NCBI GenBank assembly: GCA_002269645.1
Contig: NIVC01002714.1
Coordinates: 1 to 64,000 of the forward strand
Direction of reading: 5' to 3'
Source: Macrostomum lignano
Lineage: Eukaryota
Length of the DNA stretch: 64,000 nt
Position 1 is the first letter of the stretch. Every line of letters starts with the position of its first letter. The position numbers and the translations under genes are program-made. The notes below the pieces were generated by a model, which had not been told where the DNA came from, made no database searches, and worked only from the letters and a program-made list of their open reading frames with translations. Below are positions 30,788 through 44,470 of the stretch, piece after piece.

Positions 30788-32689
30788 GCTGTCTCTTTTT
30801 CAAGGGAAAAGTTCTTGTCAACAATCAGTTGGTCAGTGCGGTCTAACTGAGGGCTTCAAAACCCAAGTATTAGCAGCGGGAGGCGAGCAGATGGACAGTT
30901 ACTGCTATGATACACTCGTAATATATTAATTTTAATGTCAGTGTATACTACTTAGTAAGTAGCTCTGCTTCTAAAATATTAAAAACTCACTTAACCGCCT
31001 TTCGTCATATCTCATGATGCAGTAAAATTTGTTAATTAAAAATTTAAGAGAAAGGAACAAAAGAGTCAGTTAAAAAATCGAATCGACAAATTGATATGCA
31101 TTTTATTTATCAACTATAAAAAGTTAAATGTGTTACACATGGCACGCGGCTGCCCATAGTTATAAATACACATCGACGATTGCGCGTTGGTTCCAACCGA
31201 AAGACAGGTTCAGCTCTGCGGGCAAAAAGAAGACAGCGGACTTGATGTTAATTCTTTGTAAGTCAGTTAAATTTAAAATGAAAGCTAAATGGCGCTACTC
31301 TTTATTTAGTAGTTTGTCTGCGGAGTGTCATTTAAATTTATTTTTGGCAGCTAAAATTTTTTGGAGCATACGAGATTGAGAATTAGCAGCAAGTATTTAA
31401 CTCTGGGGCCGGCCCTCGGGTGTTTTAAAACTTCAAGGTTTGCGTCTCTTCACAGCTCTCTCCTCATCTCTTTCCTCTCCTGTCATTTCTAACCTCTTTC
31501 TCAGTCCAGCCAAAAGCCGTGCTAACATTTAGGCAGAAACTGGCATCCATTGTTGTGCTACATAAACGCATCTCAAATCGAAATATACAGACAGAACGAA
31601 TCATGCGCATGGTCTATACTCTATGGTCTACACATGCCTTAAAAAGATAATTATTGAATATTAATTATGTGCCATAGACAAATATAAGAACAGTCGACTG
31701 TCACTGTTGAGAAGAGCCCAGAAACCAGAAAAGAAGATAGAAAGAAATAAATTACGAACTAGGCGTTCGCTTCTGACACCAAGTCTGCCTGCCTTCTTCA
31801 GTGCTGTTTCTGCGTTGCAACTTTGCCATTTGCAAGGTAAGTTTTACAATCCAGGTAAATTCCGAGGAGAGAAAAATGAACGAACGAATGTGTGTAGAGT
31901 CAGAGACTTTCCCAGAACAGTCAAAGCCTTGGTGCTGAGTCACGGGCACGGTTCCCTCTGGCAACTCCCCATCTCTGTTATGCGTCTAGGAAATCGAAAA
32001 AAATGAAGAAATGAATTGGGGCAGAAGCCCCAGGCCAAAGAAGGAGAGAGAGGAGGGGCGTCATAAAACGCCCTCCGAACCCCTCGGAGTGTGGCATTTG
32101 ATTGGACAGCTGGGAGAAGGGAAGAACCCAAAGGGGAAAACGCAACAAAGATAGCATAGGCTAGAAGGGAAGAGAGAAACATCCTCACTAAAATCCTACG
32201 GAAAGGGTGGGTAGAACCGGTTGGCATATATAATGGAAACCCCTTAGACAACCACACAGCAGACAGACAGGAAGTTACGAGAGTTTTTCCCCAAAATCTA
32301 AAACGGTACAAAAGAACAGACGAACGGTAAGAACTTTTTGTTTTACTAATAACTCACACTAGCTCACCATGCTCGTACTAATGCAAAACAAGAATAAAAA
32401 GACTGCTAAAGTTGCCATTGGACCACACTTTTTTGCATACACATGGTGTTTTGTTAGTTTAATAAAAACTAAATAACAATTGACCAGTTCAAAACCATGG
32501 AATGTAAAGAAGTGTGTTCTTTGCGCAACTTTGCTCAACTAACAATAAAACGATAAGCCCCCCAGCCAAATATATAATTTAATGGCAAATGATAAACCGA
32601 CTTGCCATTCTTTTTCCTTCCTTGCCTTTGTATTGATTTTGCTTGTATCTGTATCTGTAGATCTGTACAGTGTACTGCATGTGTCTATA

Positions 32690-33048
32690 TTGTCTGTCTG
32701 TTGGTCTGCACTATTTGTGTCTATAGTATCTGTTGGTCTGCACTGCATGTGTCTATAGTGTCTGTTGGTCTGCACTGCATGTGTCTATAGTGTCTGTTGG
32801 TCTGCACTGCATGTGTCTATAGTGTCTGTTGGTCTGCACTGCATGTGTCTATAGTGTCTGTTGGTCTGCACTGCATGTGTCTATAGTGTCTGTTGGTCTG
32901 CACTGCATGTGTCTATAGTGTCTGTTGGTCTGCACTGCATGTGTCTATAGTGTCTGTTGGTCTGCACTGCATGTGTCTATAGTGTCTGTTGGTCTGCACT
33001 GCATGTGTCTATAGTGTCTGTTGGTCTGCACTGCATGTGTCTATAGTG
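32690..33048. repeat. 32-bp minisatellite (tgtctgttggtctgcactgcatgtgtctatag)
   Basis: About 11 near-perfect units. Confidence 0.95.
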
Positions 33049-33889
33049 TCCATCCGGAATTCTATAACCAACTAGGAAGTGTGGAGCCATCGCTGGATAG
33101 AATGAATGCTATGATATTTCGGGTCCGAGAACAAAGAGATCATTCCTCATCGCAAGCAAGTAACGGGACACTGGGGCCCGCTTTTAGTCTATTGCGTAAT
33201 CGTTTCATTATAAACAATTCCAAGCAAGAAAGCCACCTTAGAGATAGCGAATCCAGCCTTCCAGCCTCAGTTTGATAAGAGCCAGCCATGCTGAATAATG
33301 ATTGAAAGCAGAAACTTCTTGCACAACAGCAAATCTTGCCGCTATGGGAATGGAGAAATGTGTGTGAAATAGGATCTGCCGAAATAGATATGCACTGCTG
33401 CTGTATGCAATCCTTATATGTAGATAACAGCTGACAAAAAGCATAAGCGCGGCGCGGACGATTGTCAAAGGTTAACCAAGAAAGCCCTCAAAACCCCTGG
33501 ATAATACCCCCGTAGCTTTAAACAAAAAGCAACCAGTTGCTCGTCCATCATCTTTCTGCTGAGAATTTCACTTAGTTGGCTAGATTGCTTCTAGCATATG
33601 CCGCCCCGGGTTTCTAAGCTTGAACCGCATCGAACATTTCAATGTCAACTGTCCAACTGTGACCTTTGGCCTAATACTATGGATTATACTATGGATTATG
33701 GCCTAATACTATACTACGAAACAGCTGCTGGCTATGACCGCAACTATTTCGGGGAAAACCGTTGGACCCTTGATACGACCTGGACGAATTAGATCAAAGT
33801 AGTGAAATTGTAAGATAGGTGCGGTGCTTTCACAAACTTCCTAAATTTTACATTCCACAAGTCATCTGGATTCATAATTTCCAAATTTC

Positions 33890-34230
33890 TGAATCCCCAA
33901 GCTTCACAATCTTCAATTTTCACAATCCCCAAACTTCGCAATCCCAAGCTTCACAGTTACTCCTAAACTTCACATCCCTAATCTTCACAAATCCGATCTT
34001 CACAATCCCCAATCTTCACAATCCCCAATCTTCACAATCCCCAATCTTCACAATCCCCAATCTTCACAATCCCCAATCTTCACAATCCCCAATCTTCACA
34101 ATCCCCAATCTTCACAATCCCCAATCTTCACAATCCCCAATCTTCACAATCCCCAATCTTCACAATCCCCAATCTTCACAATCCCCAATCTTCACAATCT
34201 CAATCTTCACAATCCCCAAACCTCACAATT
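33890..34230. repeat. 16-bp minisatellite (ccccaatcttcacaat)
   Basis: Perfect core with degenerate edges. Confidence 0.92.
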
Positions 34231-35228
34231 ACACATATTTCCCCAAACTTTACAACCAATAACAGTCATAAACAATCCAAGAAATCCACAGCTAATTATC
34301 AGTCTATAATACATGGGCAGCTATAGAATATTTATAGATAAAATCTAAGCGGAAATAGGCTGCAAAATATAATAATTATCATAGCAAGCAATCCATCCGC
34401 TGAATAGCCACAGCCAAATAAATCTTATAAACTCAAGGCAAGAGTTTCATACAAACCAAAGCAAAGCCTTCACCTCAGCGTAAACAGGAAGGCAGAAATT
34501 AAATTTAGCAGCACGGGACACCGGTTCGACTTGAATTGAATGCAATTTAAAAAATACCCGTTTGGCATAGCAACTGACAGAACAGGCCGCTGAGATTTGC
34601 TTCACTCGATGGGGCTGCATTATGAAGCACTGTTTATATATACATATACATATCTATTCTGAATAGTATGCGCTGTTCCAGGCTGCACGGATGAAATCCG
34701 GCAGTCGGAGATGATGAGTAAGATTAGAATTTGAAGCTATTTATAAATTTGCCGCTTTCTTCAATTATTAACATCCGGTATCGACAGCAGCCTTCGAATA
34801 CTATAAATATAGAGGCAGTCGCGCCAGATAGAAGTGGCAATTAGGAAACGCTTGAAGCAAGCCAGGCAAGCCTCAACTACATTAAACATCATCGAAAGGT
34901 AAGTTTGCGCTTAAGAACACCTGTAATTAAATTTTCCACTCGCCCAATCTGTTAAGCTGGTTCAAGGGCCGGTCCAAAAGTGCCGTCCTTGGCCTAAAAA
35001 GGGGATTCTTTTGGTCCCCTTCAACCAGCTGGCCAGGTTGGACAGATCGGCGTGGCCGCATGTTGCTAACAGTTCAGGTTTACAATATGGGAAAAAACCG
35101 CTCACTGAAACTTAACGATCCTTACTGTTAGTAGTTTAGTGGGGATATTGCTCTAATAATCTAATTTTCTGCCTAAGTGTTATTGCTACTTTTAATTGAG
35201 AATCTGAGACTGAGGGATAGGCGGTGGC

Positions 35229-35655
35229 CAAGCAACTAAGGATCTGGGAGGCTGGCCCAACAACTGACACTCTGGAAGGCTGGCACAGCAACTGAGGATC
35301 TGGGAGGCTGGCCCAGCAACTGAGGATCTGAGAGGCTGGCCCAGCAACTGAGGATCTGGGAGGCTGGCCCAACAACTGACACTCTGGGAGGCTGGCACAG
35401 CAACTGAGGATCTGGGAGGCTGGCCCAGCAACTGAGGATCTGAGAGGCTGGCCCAGCAACTGAGGATCTGGGAGGCTGGCCCAGCAACTGAGGATCTGGG
35501 AGGCTGGCCCAGCAACTAAGGATCTGGGAGGCTGGCCCAACAACTGACACTCTGGGAGGCTGGCCCAGCAACTGAGGATCTGGGAGGCTGGCCCAACAAC
35601 TGACACTCTGGGAGGCTGGCACAGCAACGAGGATCTGGGAGGCTGGCCCAGAAAC
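35229..35655 (-). repeat. 29-bp satellite A, copy 4 (reverse orientation)
   Basis: Same unit, including the tgacactctggg variant. Confidence 0.93.
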
Positions 35656-36762
35656 TGGGGAATGGGGATGTAGGAGGTTTGGCGGTAGTCCAGTAACAGT
35701 ATTTTTCATGTAAGAGCAAACCTTATCGTTATTTCTTGTTTAAAAACTATAAATATTTGAACTGGAGTAAAAGAACAATAAATTGAATCGCTTGCACTTA
35801 CATCTATCATCAGGATGCCAACTTCTGACTTTAACTGCATTCTTAAGAAGTAATTCGCATGCAAAGAGTGCAAAAAGGAATTTAATAATGAATTTTACTA
35901 ATTGACAAATACATTCGAATATATACAGTCCGCAAAAACTGTTAACATAGTTTGAAAATGCATTAGATAGATGTGCCTTAGAATTTTTAGCCTGCAGAAA
36001 AAATGTCAATTTTAGATTAAACATGTTAAGAACATGTAGCCAAACATTTTAAGGAGTTCAAAATGGAGATTAGGCTAAAGTGCAATAGTTGGGTGAAAGG
36101 AAAGGACTATATATAAACTATGGACTTAAACTATGGAAATATTTGTATTATGGCAAGTCTTTTAGAATGAAAAAAATATGCAAAGCTGACTGATATGAAC
36201 CTTAATAATGTCTATTACTTGTGTGTTAATACAATTTATTTGTTAGTGCACTTCTAGGGCCTCAATAAAAGCCAACGAAAAAGGTGTAAAAATTGAAACA
36301 GTGTAAAATTAAACCTTTAACACCAGAGGAGACTTTGATAGTAGAAATAAATATTTTTGATATTTGGTGGTGATAGCCTAAAAAACCATAGTTCCTACCA
36401 AAAATGCTGCAGTTATAACTTTCTTCTCTTTTATTTTTTTTGTTTATTCAAGTATTTTCTTTTCTTCATTCTTCCTATTAATATCTATAGTACCAAGTAA
36501 GAAAAATCTAACTTTTAGTTAATATAAATACATTTTATACATGCCTCAAATACTAGACAAGAGATAAACAAATTATATATCAATATATATTCAATTTTGT
36601 AAGACTATAATATTCTAGAAGAAAATGCTTATTATACCATTTTAAGGGCTTTCAAACTCTATGCCCAAGGATAGTGTCTAAACTTTTTGCTCTTTCCCCT
36701 CCTGGTATTAGGAGTTATATGGTTTAGCAAAAGTATGATACTAATTTAGGACAACATAGGCC

Positions 36763-39700
36763 TGTTGCAATGTTATTCCAATGTACCTAGCTTCTAGAAA
36801 TTTCCCTTTCTCTTTGCACATTCTATATGAGTAAAATTTCTAAATTAAGTAAAAGAAATTTCCCCATTTTTCTGCAAATTTCTATAGCAAAATTTTTCTA
36901 TGTTTAAACTTTACATAACTTATACTTTAATTATTAGCCATATTCTTATTTAATGCATTTACCATTATTAACTACAATATATATTATAATACCATATCTT
37001 TGTTATAATCTTAAAGAAATTTCTAGAATACCATTAATTTTTCTATAAATACACACCAGGCAAACCCAGCTAATAAGCAACGTTCTGTAATCTCAATTAT
37101 CAAAAATAAACAAACGAACCACCACTTACAAGCCTTACTTATTTTGCAAACCCACTACAACTGGTCTGGTGAGGCATCTAATTGACTAGTATTTCATTCA
37201 GAGCATTCAATTCATTCAATGTGTACGATCCAATAGCGGAAGGAAACACCAACACACCATCAGTGGTCAGCCAACAGCCCTCCGGGGGTACGCCTGCACC
37301 TGCCACGTTGCCTACACAAGGAATGAGTGTCGCGGCAGCACCTGTCAACCAGCCCACGGTAGCTGTGGTAGCCCTTAAGGTACCACCATTCTTTTGTGGC
37401 AACCCCGATGCATAGTTTTGGATGTTGGATGCTCAGTTCAACCTTCAAAACATCACATCCGAGGTAATGCAGTTCAACCACCTGATCTGTCATCTACCAG
37501 AGGATATTGCAGCTGTTTTATTGTCTGTGGACACTCCAGCCAACTATACCACATTGAAGCAAGTCATACTGAAGATGCTTCAGAAGAGTCAGCAGGAGCA
37601 AATTAATGAGGTCATGAGCATCTCTGACCTGGGAAGAGACAAACCCAGCACCATACAGTGGCTGCAGGCCAAGATGGCATAGTGCAACATCAAGGAGAAC
37701 CCAGACATGGTCAAGGCCACGCTTCTTCGCTGCCTCCCAGCAGAGCTACACCTTCATCTGTCCAGTTTCCAAGACAAAGATCCAGCATGGCTTGCTTCCA
37801 TTGTGGACTCCATGCTGGCTATCCAGCAGTCATCTGGCCACCATGTCCATGCAGTTCAGAGTGCAGCAGGTAACTCAAAGACACTGGGGCCATGGCAGAA
37901 GTCCCAGCTGACATCTAGTATGGAGCCCTTTTACCCAGGCCAAAAAACCAGTAGTCTGCAGAGGACATCTATACTATGGTGCACAAACACACACATGTAG
38001 ATGCTGGTGCCAGTTCCCGCACTCATCTAGTGGTTGCCAGCCTTGCATCATAGGTCCCAACAAAAGGACTCTGGTGCAATCCCGCTTGAACTTGCCAGAA
38101 TATCTGGCCCAAGGAAACTTCTAGGCACTACCCATGACGCCGCAATTAGCAGTGCCACAGACAAAGCGGCGTGCAAGTCTTGTCTTATCGTCAACCTCCT
38201 CTTCAATGCGTGTCGCCGACTGTTCCTGGTTGATATTGGCGCTGCAGTGTCTATATCATCCTACCACAGTACTTATCCCAAAATGTCCAAGCAACAGGAT
38301 TCCGATTAACCATTGCCAAAGATGAGACCATTCCTGTTGTAGGCATAATCTCCCTGGAGGTTGTCATTAAAGGACTGCACCGCGCCTATCGATGGACTTT
38401 TATAGTGGCCTCCATTGTTCACCCTATCCTTGGCTACGATTTTCTGTCACATTTTGGTCTCTTGGTCGACTGCAAAGCTTGCCAGCTAGTAGATCCAACA
38501 ACTGCATTCCATACTCCACTGCTGCCTGTCACTACGACAACCATCGGCAACTTCAACGTCACTCTGAACTACCCCAAAGACTGCAATCCACGCGTCAGGC
38601 GGCTGATCGGCCGATTTCAGGGTCTTTATCTATGTAGAGGGAGGTCGGCTACCACCAGTGGATGTGATCAAGCATGACACTGTTCATAGGATCAACACTG
38701 GCAGACATCAGCCAGTGCACACCAGAGTGCATCAGCTTTATCTGGAGAAACTTCACATTGCTCCCAATGAATTCTAGCAACTCATCGATGCAGGGTACAT
38801 CTATCCATCTAAGAGTTCATGGGCTTCGCCTCTTTGCCACATGGTTCCAAAGAAATTAGACAGGAAGCCATCTGGCAAATGGCAACCATGTGGCAACTAT
38901 TGAGTGCTAAACAGCACTACCAAGCCAGACAGTTACCTGGTCCCACATATCTAGAGTTTCACTCATTATCTCCATGGCGCAAAAATGTTCAGCAAGCTTG
39001 ATCTGGTTCGCGCTTACCATCAGATCCCCATCGCAGAAAAGGATATCGCCAAGACTGCTATCATCACACCATTTGGCCTTTTTGAGTGGACTAGGATGCC
39101 CTTTCGACTTTGCAATGCCACGCAGACCTTCTAGTGCTTCATCGACTCTGTCCTGCGTGGCCTATCTTGCATCATCACCTACTTGGATGACCTTCTGGTC
39201 TACTCGAGGTCGGAGGAAGAGCATCTCTAACACCTAGAAGCCATGTTGACCCGACTCGCTCACCACAGCTTAAAGGTTCAGCTCAGCAAATGTTTTCCTT
39301 AGGAGTGTAGTCACCTTTCTCAGCTATCATGTTTCCTCCAATGGAATCCGACCTCTTAAAATGAGAGTCAATACCATCAAAAACTGGCCAGTTCCTCACA
39401 ACACTGCTGCCCTGCAACATTTCCTTGGTGTGAATTGTGTGATCGGTTTCTATGGATGTTTCATCTCCGGTTTTGCATCTGCTGTAGCCCCATTGCAGGA
39501 TCTGCTCACTGCAGCACTACGGTCTCCTCGATCCTACCAATGGAGCGACATCCACCAAGCCACATTCAACAACCTCAAGAAGAAGCTCGCCGAGCGTCTC
39601 CTGCTATACCACCCCGATCCAGACTGCTCGGCCTATCAGATGGTCACAGATGCTTCTGCTACCAGCGTCAGAGCTGCATCGCATCAGACAATCGGAGAAC

Positions 39701-41960
39701 AGACCACCTTGATCGGCATGTTCAGTAAGAAGCTCTCTGCCACCTAGCGAGCCTATTCAGCATTTGATCGAGAGCTACTAGCCACTTACCTTGCTGTGCT
39801 TCACTTCTGGAACCTGATCGAGGGCAGGCATGTCACAGTCTTCATGGATCACAAGCAGGCATTCCGGCACAACTCCCATGGCAACTCCAACCACAACTAG
39901 CGCTACATGAACATCCTGTCTGAGTATGTCACTGACTTTCAATATATCTGTGGCTCAGACAACGCTGTTGCTGATGCACTTTCCAGACTCAACAAGCCGA
40001 CTGCCATTGTAGCCAACAAGCAGGGTGCAGTGTCAACTGACTTGTTAGCAATTGCTGATCAGCAAGCTGCCGAACACCTTTCCAAATCAGACCATCGCCA
40101 CTTCTTTCTACTTGGAGACAGCTGTCACATACTCTGCGAGACCTCTACAGGTTACCCTTGCCCAGTCATCCCCATTTCCATGCGTGAATCACTGCTAAAA
40201 CATTTTCATGAACTTGGTCATTACAGATTCCACAGGACTGCCAACCTGATCATCAGCTGCTACTACTGGACTAGCATACGCGCAGAGATCAAGGTCTTTT
40301 GCAGGTCCTGCGAGGTTTGTCAGTGCACCAAGATAGACCGCCACATGATGGCCAGTAGCGCTGCCTTCAACCTCCCATCCAACAGGTTCAAGATGGTACA
40401 CATCGACATTGTAGGCCCTTTTCCAGTTCCCAAAAGGAAACATGATACTCAGTGCGGTCTTACACCTCGAAATCTCCTTACCATGATTGACTGCAACACA
40501 GGCTGGCTAGAGGCGACACCATTCGAGACCATCACAGCACAAAGTATAGGAGCAGCTTTCATCTCTTCCTGGATTTCTCGCTTCGAAGTGCTCCTATATG
40601 TCATCACTGATAGAGGACCATAGTTTGAGTCCGAGCTCTTCAAGACACTCTTGTCCGCCCTGGGTTTTCACTATCTGCGCACCACAGTGTACCACCCAAA
40701 GTGCAATGGGAAGATTGAGAGCGCCCACAGGACTCTGAAGACAATGCTTAAGGCGTGCGGTCTTGCTTGGCTTGACAACCTCCCATTGGCATTCCCCACC
40801 ATGCATGTCGCTCTGGATGATTCAGGCCTCAGCCTATTTACCAGGCTCACTAGCGAGCATCTGATGCTTCCACAGGTTATTGTCAGTGACAAAGACCCTA
40901 ACTCCATTCAGCTGAGCTTGGACCACCTCTTGGAGCAGCGACCAAGAAAGCTATCTACCACACCACATGTGCCTCAGGAGCTATGGTTGACCGATAAGGT
41001 TTGGGTCCATATGGACAGGGTGAGGAAGCCATTGGAAGCACCATACTCCAGACTGTACCCAGTCATTTGGCGCACTCCCAAGTTTTTCATCATTGAGTCC
41101 CACCCTGGCCACAAAGAAGCCATCTCCATTGACAGGCTCAAACCCTGCAGGTTGACGCCAAGGCCACCAACACAGAGCAGGCCTAGGCAGTCCATATAGC
41201 TGACTTTGGGGCAGGAGGAAACCTCTACACCAGCCAGACACCAGGACGACATGGAGGCCACACCAACATCCACTACAGCGAATACACCAAAAGTTGACAA
41301 GGAGGCGCCGACGACCTAATCAAGCAGTGGATAATGCATTCAATTTAAAGCCCACAATGACTACCATTACTTCTGACATTTTTGATACAGATAAGGTCTG
41401 ATTTTGACCTTATCTGTATCATAATCGCATCCTGCTATTCCTTCATGACAGGCTTTAGACCTGACCATTGACATCTTTAGTGTATATAGCTCATTCAGTC
41501 ATTAATTTGTACATACTGCGCAATCGTCATTCTATCCTGAGACTCCATCTCTAGCAAGGGGGACTATTGTTGCAATGTTATTCCAATGTACCTAGCTTCT
41601 AGAAATTTCCCTTTTTCTGCGCATTCTATGAGTAAAATTTCCAAATTAAGTAAAAGATTTTTCCCCATTTTTCTGCAAATTTCTATAGCAAAATATTTCT
41701 ACCTTTAAACTTTACATAACTTATACTTTAATTATTAGCCATATTCTTATTCAACGCATTTACCCTTATTAATTACAGTATATATTATAATACTGTATTT
41801 GTGTTATTATCTTAAAGAAATTTCTAGAAAACCATTAATTTTTCTATAAATACACACCAGGCAAACCCAGCTAATAATCAAGGTTCTGTAATCTTGATTA
41901 TCGATAATAAACAAACAAACCACCGCTTACAAGCCTCACTTATTTCGCAGACCTATTACA
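36763..41960 (+). mobile_element. Decayed Ty3/Gypsy LTR retrotransposon
   Basis: LTRs 36763-37159 and 41568-41960 (TG...CA, clearly diverged), GGCC target-site duplication, TGGT PBS-like sequence after the 5' LTR, and purine tract agcaaggggg before the 3' LTR. Gag (LKVPPFF), protease (FLVDIGAAVS), RT ([17 protein letters not shown]), RNase H (TDAS), integrase (HIDIVGP, TDRG). Many stops and frameshifts. Confidence 0.95.
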
Positions 41961-42584
41961 GGCCTAAGAATATTATATTAATTAATAGTATTTTACATAC
42001 TTGCGCAACTTCTGAAATTACGCTGGCCGTGCGACTTAGTTTTCGATCAAAAATGCGACTTACCTATGTAAGAAAGCTAAACAAAGAATTGTGGGTAAAC
42101 GGCAGGAGTAACTATGACCATATTTTAAAGGCTAAATGCCTCGCCAGCTAATTAGTGCAGATTTCGCGGTTTTTATTACAGCTAATCAGTATATCATAGT
42201 GGCGGCCTGAGGCAATTAGTAATGATGACAATGAGTAAAGACATGTAATGACAAAAGTCATGATTCATGAATGTCTAGAAGTAAGTGAAGTGAATACAGT
42301 GTGGCCTATAGCTCAAGAATAATTTCACTTGCTAGACGATTTGGCATGGAAGATGAGAGCCCTGATTCAGATGGCTCATCAGATGCAGAATACAAATCCA
42401 GTAGAGATACAAGCTGTGAAAACCCACAGATTTTGAAACCACTGAATTCCAATTCCCGAAACTATTTTGCATAGATTCTTAAATTTGAAGTCATGCTCAA
42501 ACAAAAACTTGTTAACAGTTAGGAAAAAGGCAAACAAGGATAGGAGTAAATGCATGTTAAATTAAGATTTGAGGCCTTTGCAAA

Positions 42585-43285
42585 TTCTCTCCTTTCCTCA
42601 ATCTTCTCATCCTCTTTTTCTTTTCTCTCTCATCCCTCATCCCTTCTCTCTTTCCTCTCCTCTCTCCTCTCTTTCCTCCTCTCTTATCTCTTCTGTCTCC
42701 TGTCTACATTCTTATCTCTCCTCTCGTCTCTCTCCACTTCACTCTACTCTCTCATCTTATCTCTCCTCTCGTCTCTCTCCACTCAACTCTCTCATCTCAT
42801 ATCTCCTCTCTTCTCTACTCTCTTATCTCTCCTCTCTTCACTCTCCTCTTATCTCCTCCTTATCCTCTCTTCTCTCGTCTACTCTCTTATCTCCTTTCTT
42901 CTCTCCTCTTTCCTCTTTCCTCTCTTTTCTGATCTCATCCATCATCATATCTTTCCTCTTTCCTCTCATCTCTCTCATCTCTCTCCTCCCTCAGCTTTTC
43001 TCTCATCTTCTATCTTTTCTCCCATTGCATCGCTCGCCTCTCCTCTGTTTGCTTATCTCCAATCTTCTATTCCCTCTACTTTGAAGTAAGAAAATATGCA
43101 CACATTTTTGCTGAAGATAAGAGGAGAGAAGAGGGCATTGAGGAGAAAGGGTAGAGAGAAAAGGGAGAAAGGAGAGGGGAGAAGAGAGGAGAGTAAAAAT
43201 GAAAGGAGAGAGAAGAGGGAAAAGGGAGAGAGAGAGAAGAGGGGAGGCAAGGTAGAGAAGAAGAGAGAGATGAGAGTTGAAGAGA
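42585..43285. repeat. Low-complexity CT-rich tract followed by an AG-rich tract
   Basis: Pyrimidine-rich about 42585-43080; purine-rich about 43115-43285. Confidence 0.85.
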
Positions 43286-43504
43286 CACTAACCTTGCTAG
43301 TTAGAAAGTTTCAAAGAACCCGAGGGGCGAGGGCCAGATAGAGGGGCTTTGCGAGCTGGACTTTGCCGACCCCTGCTCCGGAGTTAAAGAAATCAATGGG
43401 AAACTGTTGACATAGGCTGCTGATTTCAAAGATCTTGTCTATGGTTGAAGGCTTCTATTCTGTTTTTTTTGCTCTCCTGCCACACTTGCACCTACTACCC
43501 CTTG

Positions 43505-44470
43505 ATCGCCTCTGATTGCGACTTACTTCCCTCTTATTGCGACTTAGTTGCTCCTTTTGCGACTTACCTAATCCTTTTTGCGACTTACCTAATCCTTTTT
43601 GCGACTTACCTAATCCTTTTGCGACTTACCTAATCCTTTTTGCGACTTAGTTGCTCCTTTTGCGACTTACCCAATCCTTTTTGCGACTTACCTAATCCTT
43701 TTGCGACTTGACCTAATCCTTTTTGCGACTTAGTTGCTCCTTTTGCGACTTACCTAATCCTTTTTGCAACTTAGTTGCTCCTTTTGCGACTTACCTAACC
43801 CTTTTGCGACTTACCTAATCCTTTTTGCGACTTACCTAATCTTTTTGCGACTTGACCTAATCCTTTTTGCGACTTGACCTAATCCTTTTTGCGACTTAGT
43901 TGCTCCTTTTGCGACTTACCTAATCCTTTTTGCAACTTAGTTGCTCCTTTTGCGACTTACCTAACCCTTTTGCGACTTACCTAATCCTTTTTGCGACTTA
44001 CCTAATCTTTTTGCGACTTGACCTAATCCTTTTTGCGACTTAGTTGCTCCTTTTGCGACTTACCTAACCCTTTTGCGACTTACCTAATCCTTTTGCGACT
44101 TACCTAATCCTTTTTGCGACTTGACCTAATCCTTTTTGCGACTTAGTTGCTCCTTTTGCGACTTACCTAATCCTTTTGCGACTTACCTAATCCTTTTTGC
44201 GACTTACCTAATCCTTTTGCGACTTACCTAATCCTTTTTGCGACTTACCTAATCTTTTTGCGACTTGACCTAATCCTTTTTGCGACTTAGTTGCTCCTTT
44301 TGCGACTTACCTAATCCTTTTGCGACTTACCTAATCCTTTTTGCGACTTACCTAACCCTTTTGCGACTTACCTAATCCTTTTGCGACTTACCTAATCCTT
44401 TTTGCGACTTGACCGAATCCTTTTTGCAACTTAGTTGCTCCTTTTGCGACTTACCTAATCATTTGTGCAA
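43505..44470. repeat. 21-22-bp minisatellite (gcgacttacctaatccttttt, with gcgacttagttgctcctttt variant)
   Basis: About 45 units. Confidence 0.95.

Noticed and set aside
31707-32311. Short ORFs upstream of RPL35 as the missing Nit N-terminus or a membrane protein
   Set aside because: No nitrilase motifs, no clear splice or codon-bias support.
34682-34898. Small spliced gene suggested by two exon-like segments with GTAAG donors
   Set aside because: The phases of the two segments do not join into an open frame and I recognise no homology.
43320-43376. hAT/MITE-like terminus (ttgccgacccctg)
   Set aside because: I could not find the partner inverted repeat or a target duplication.
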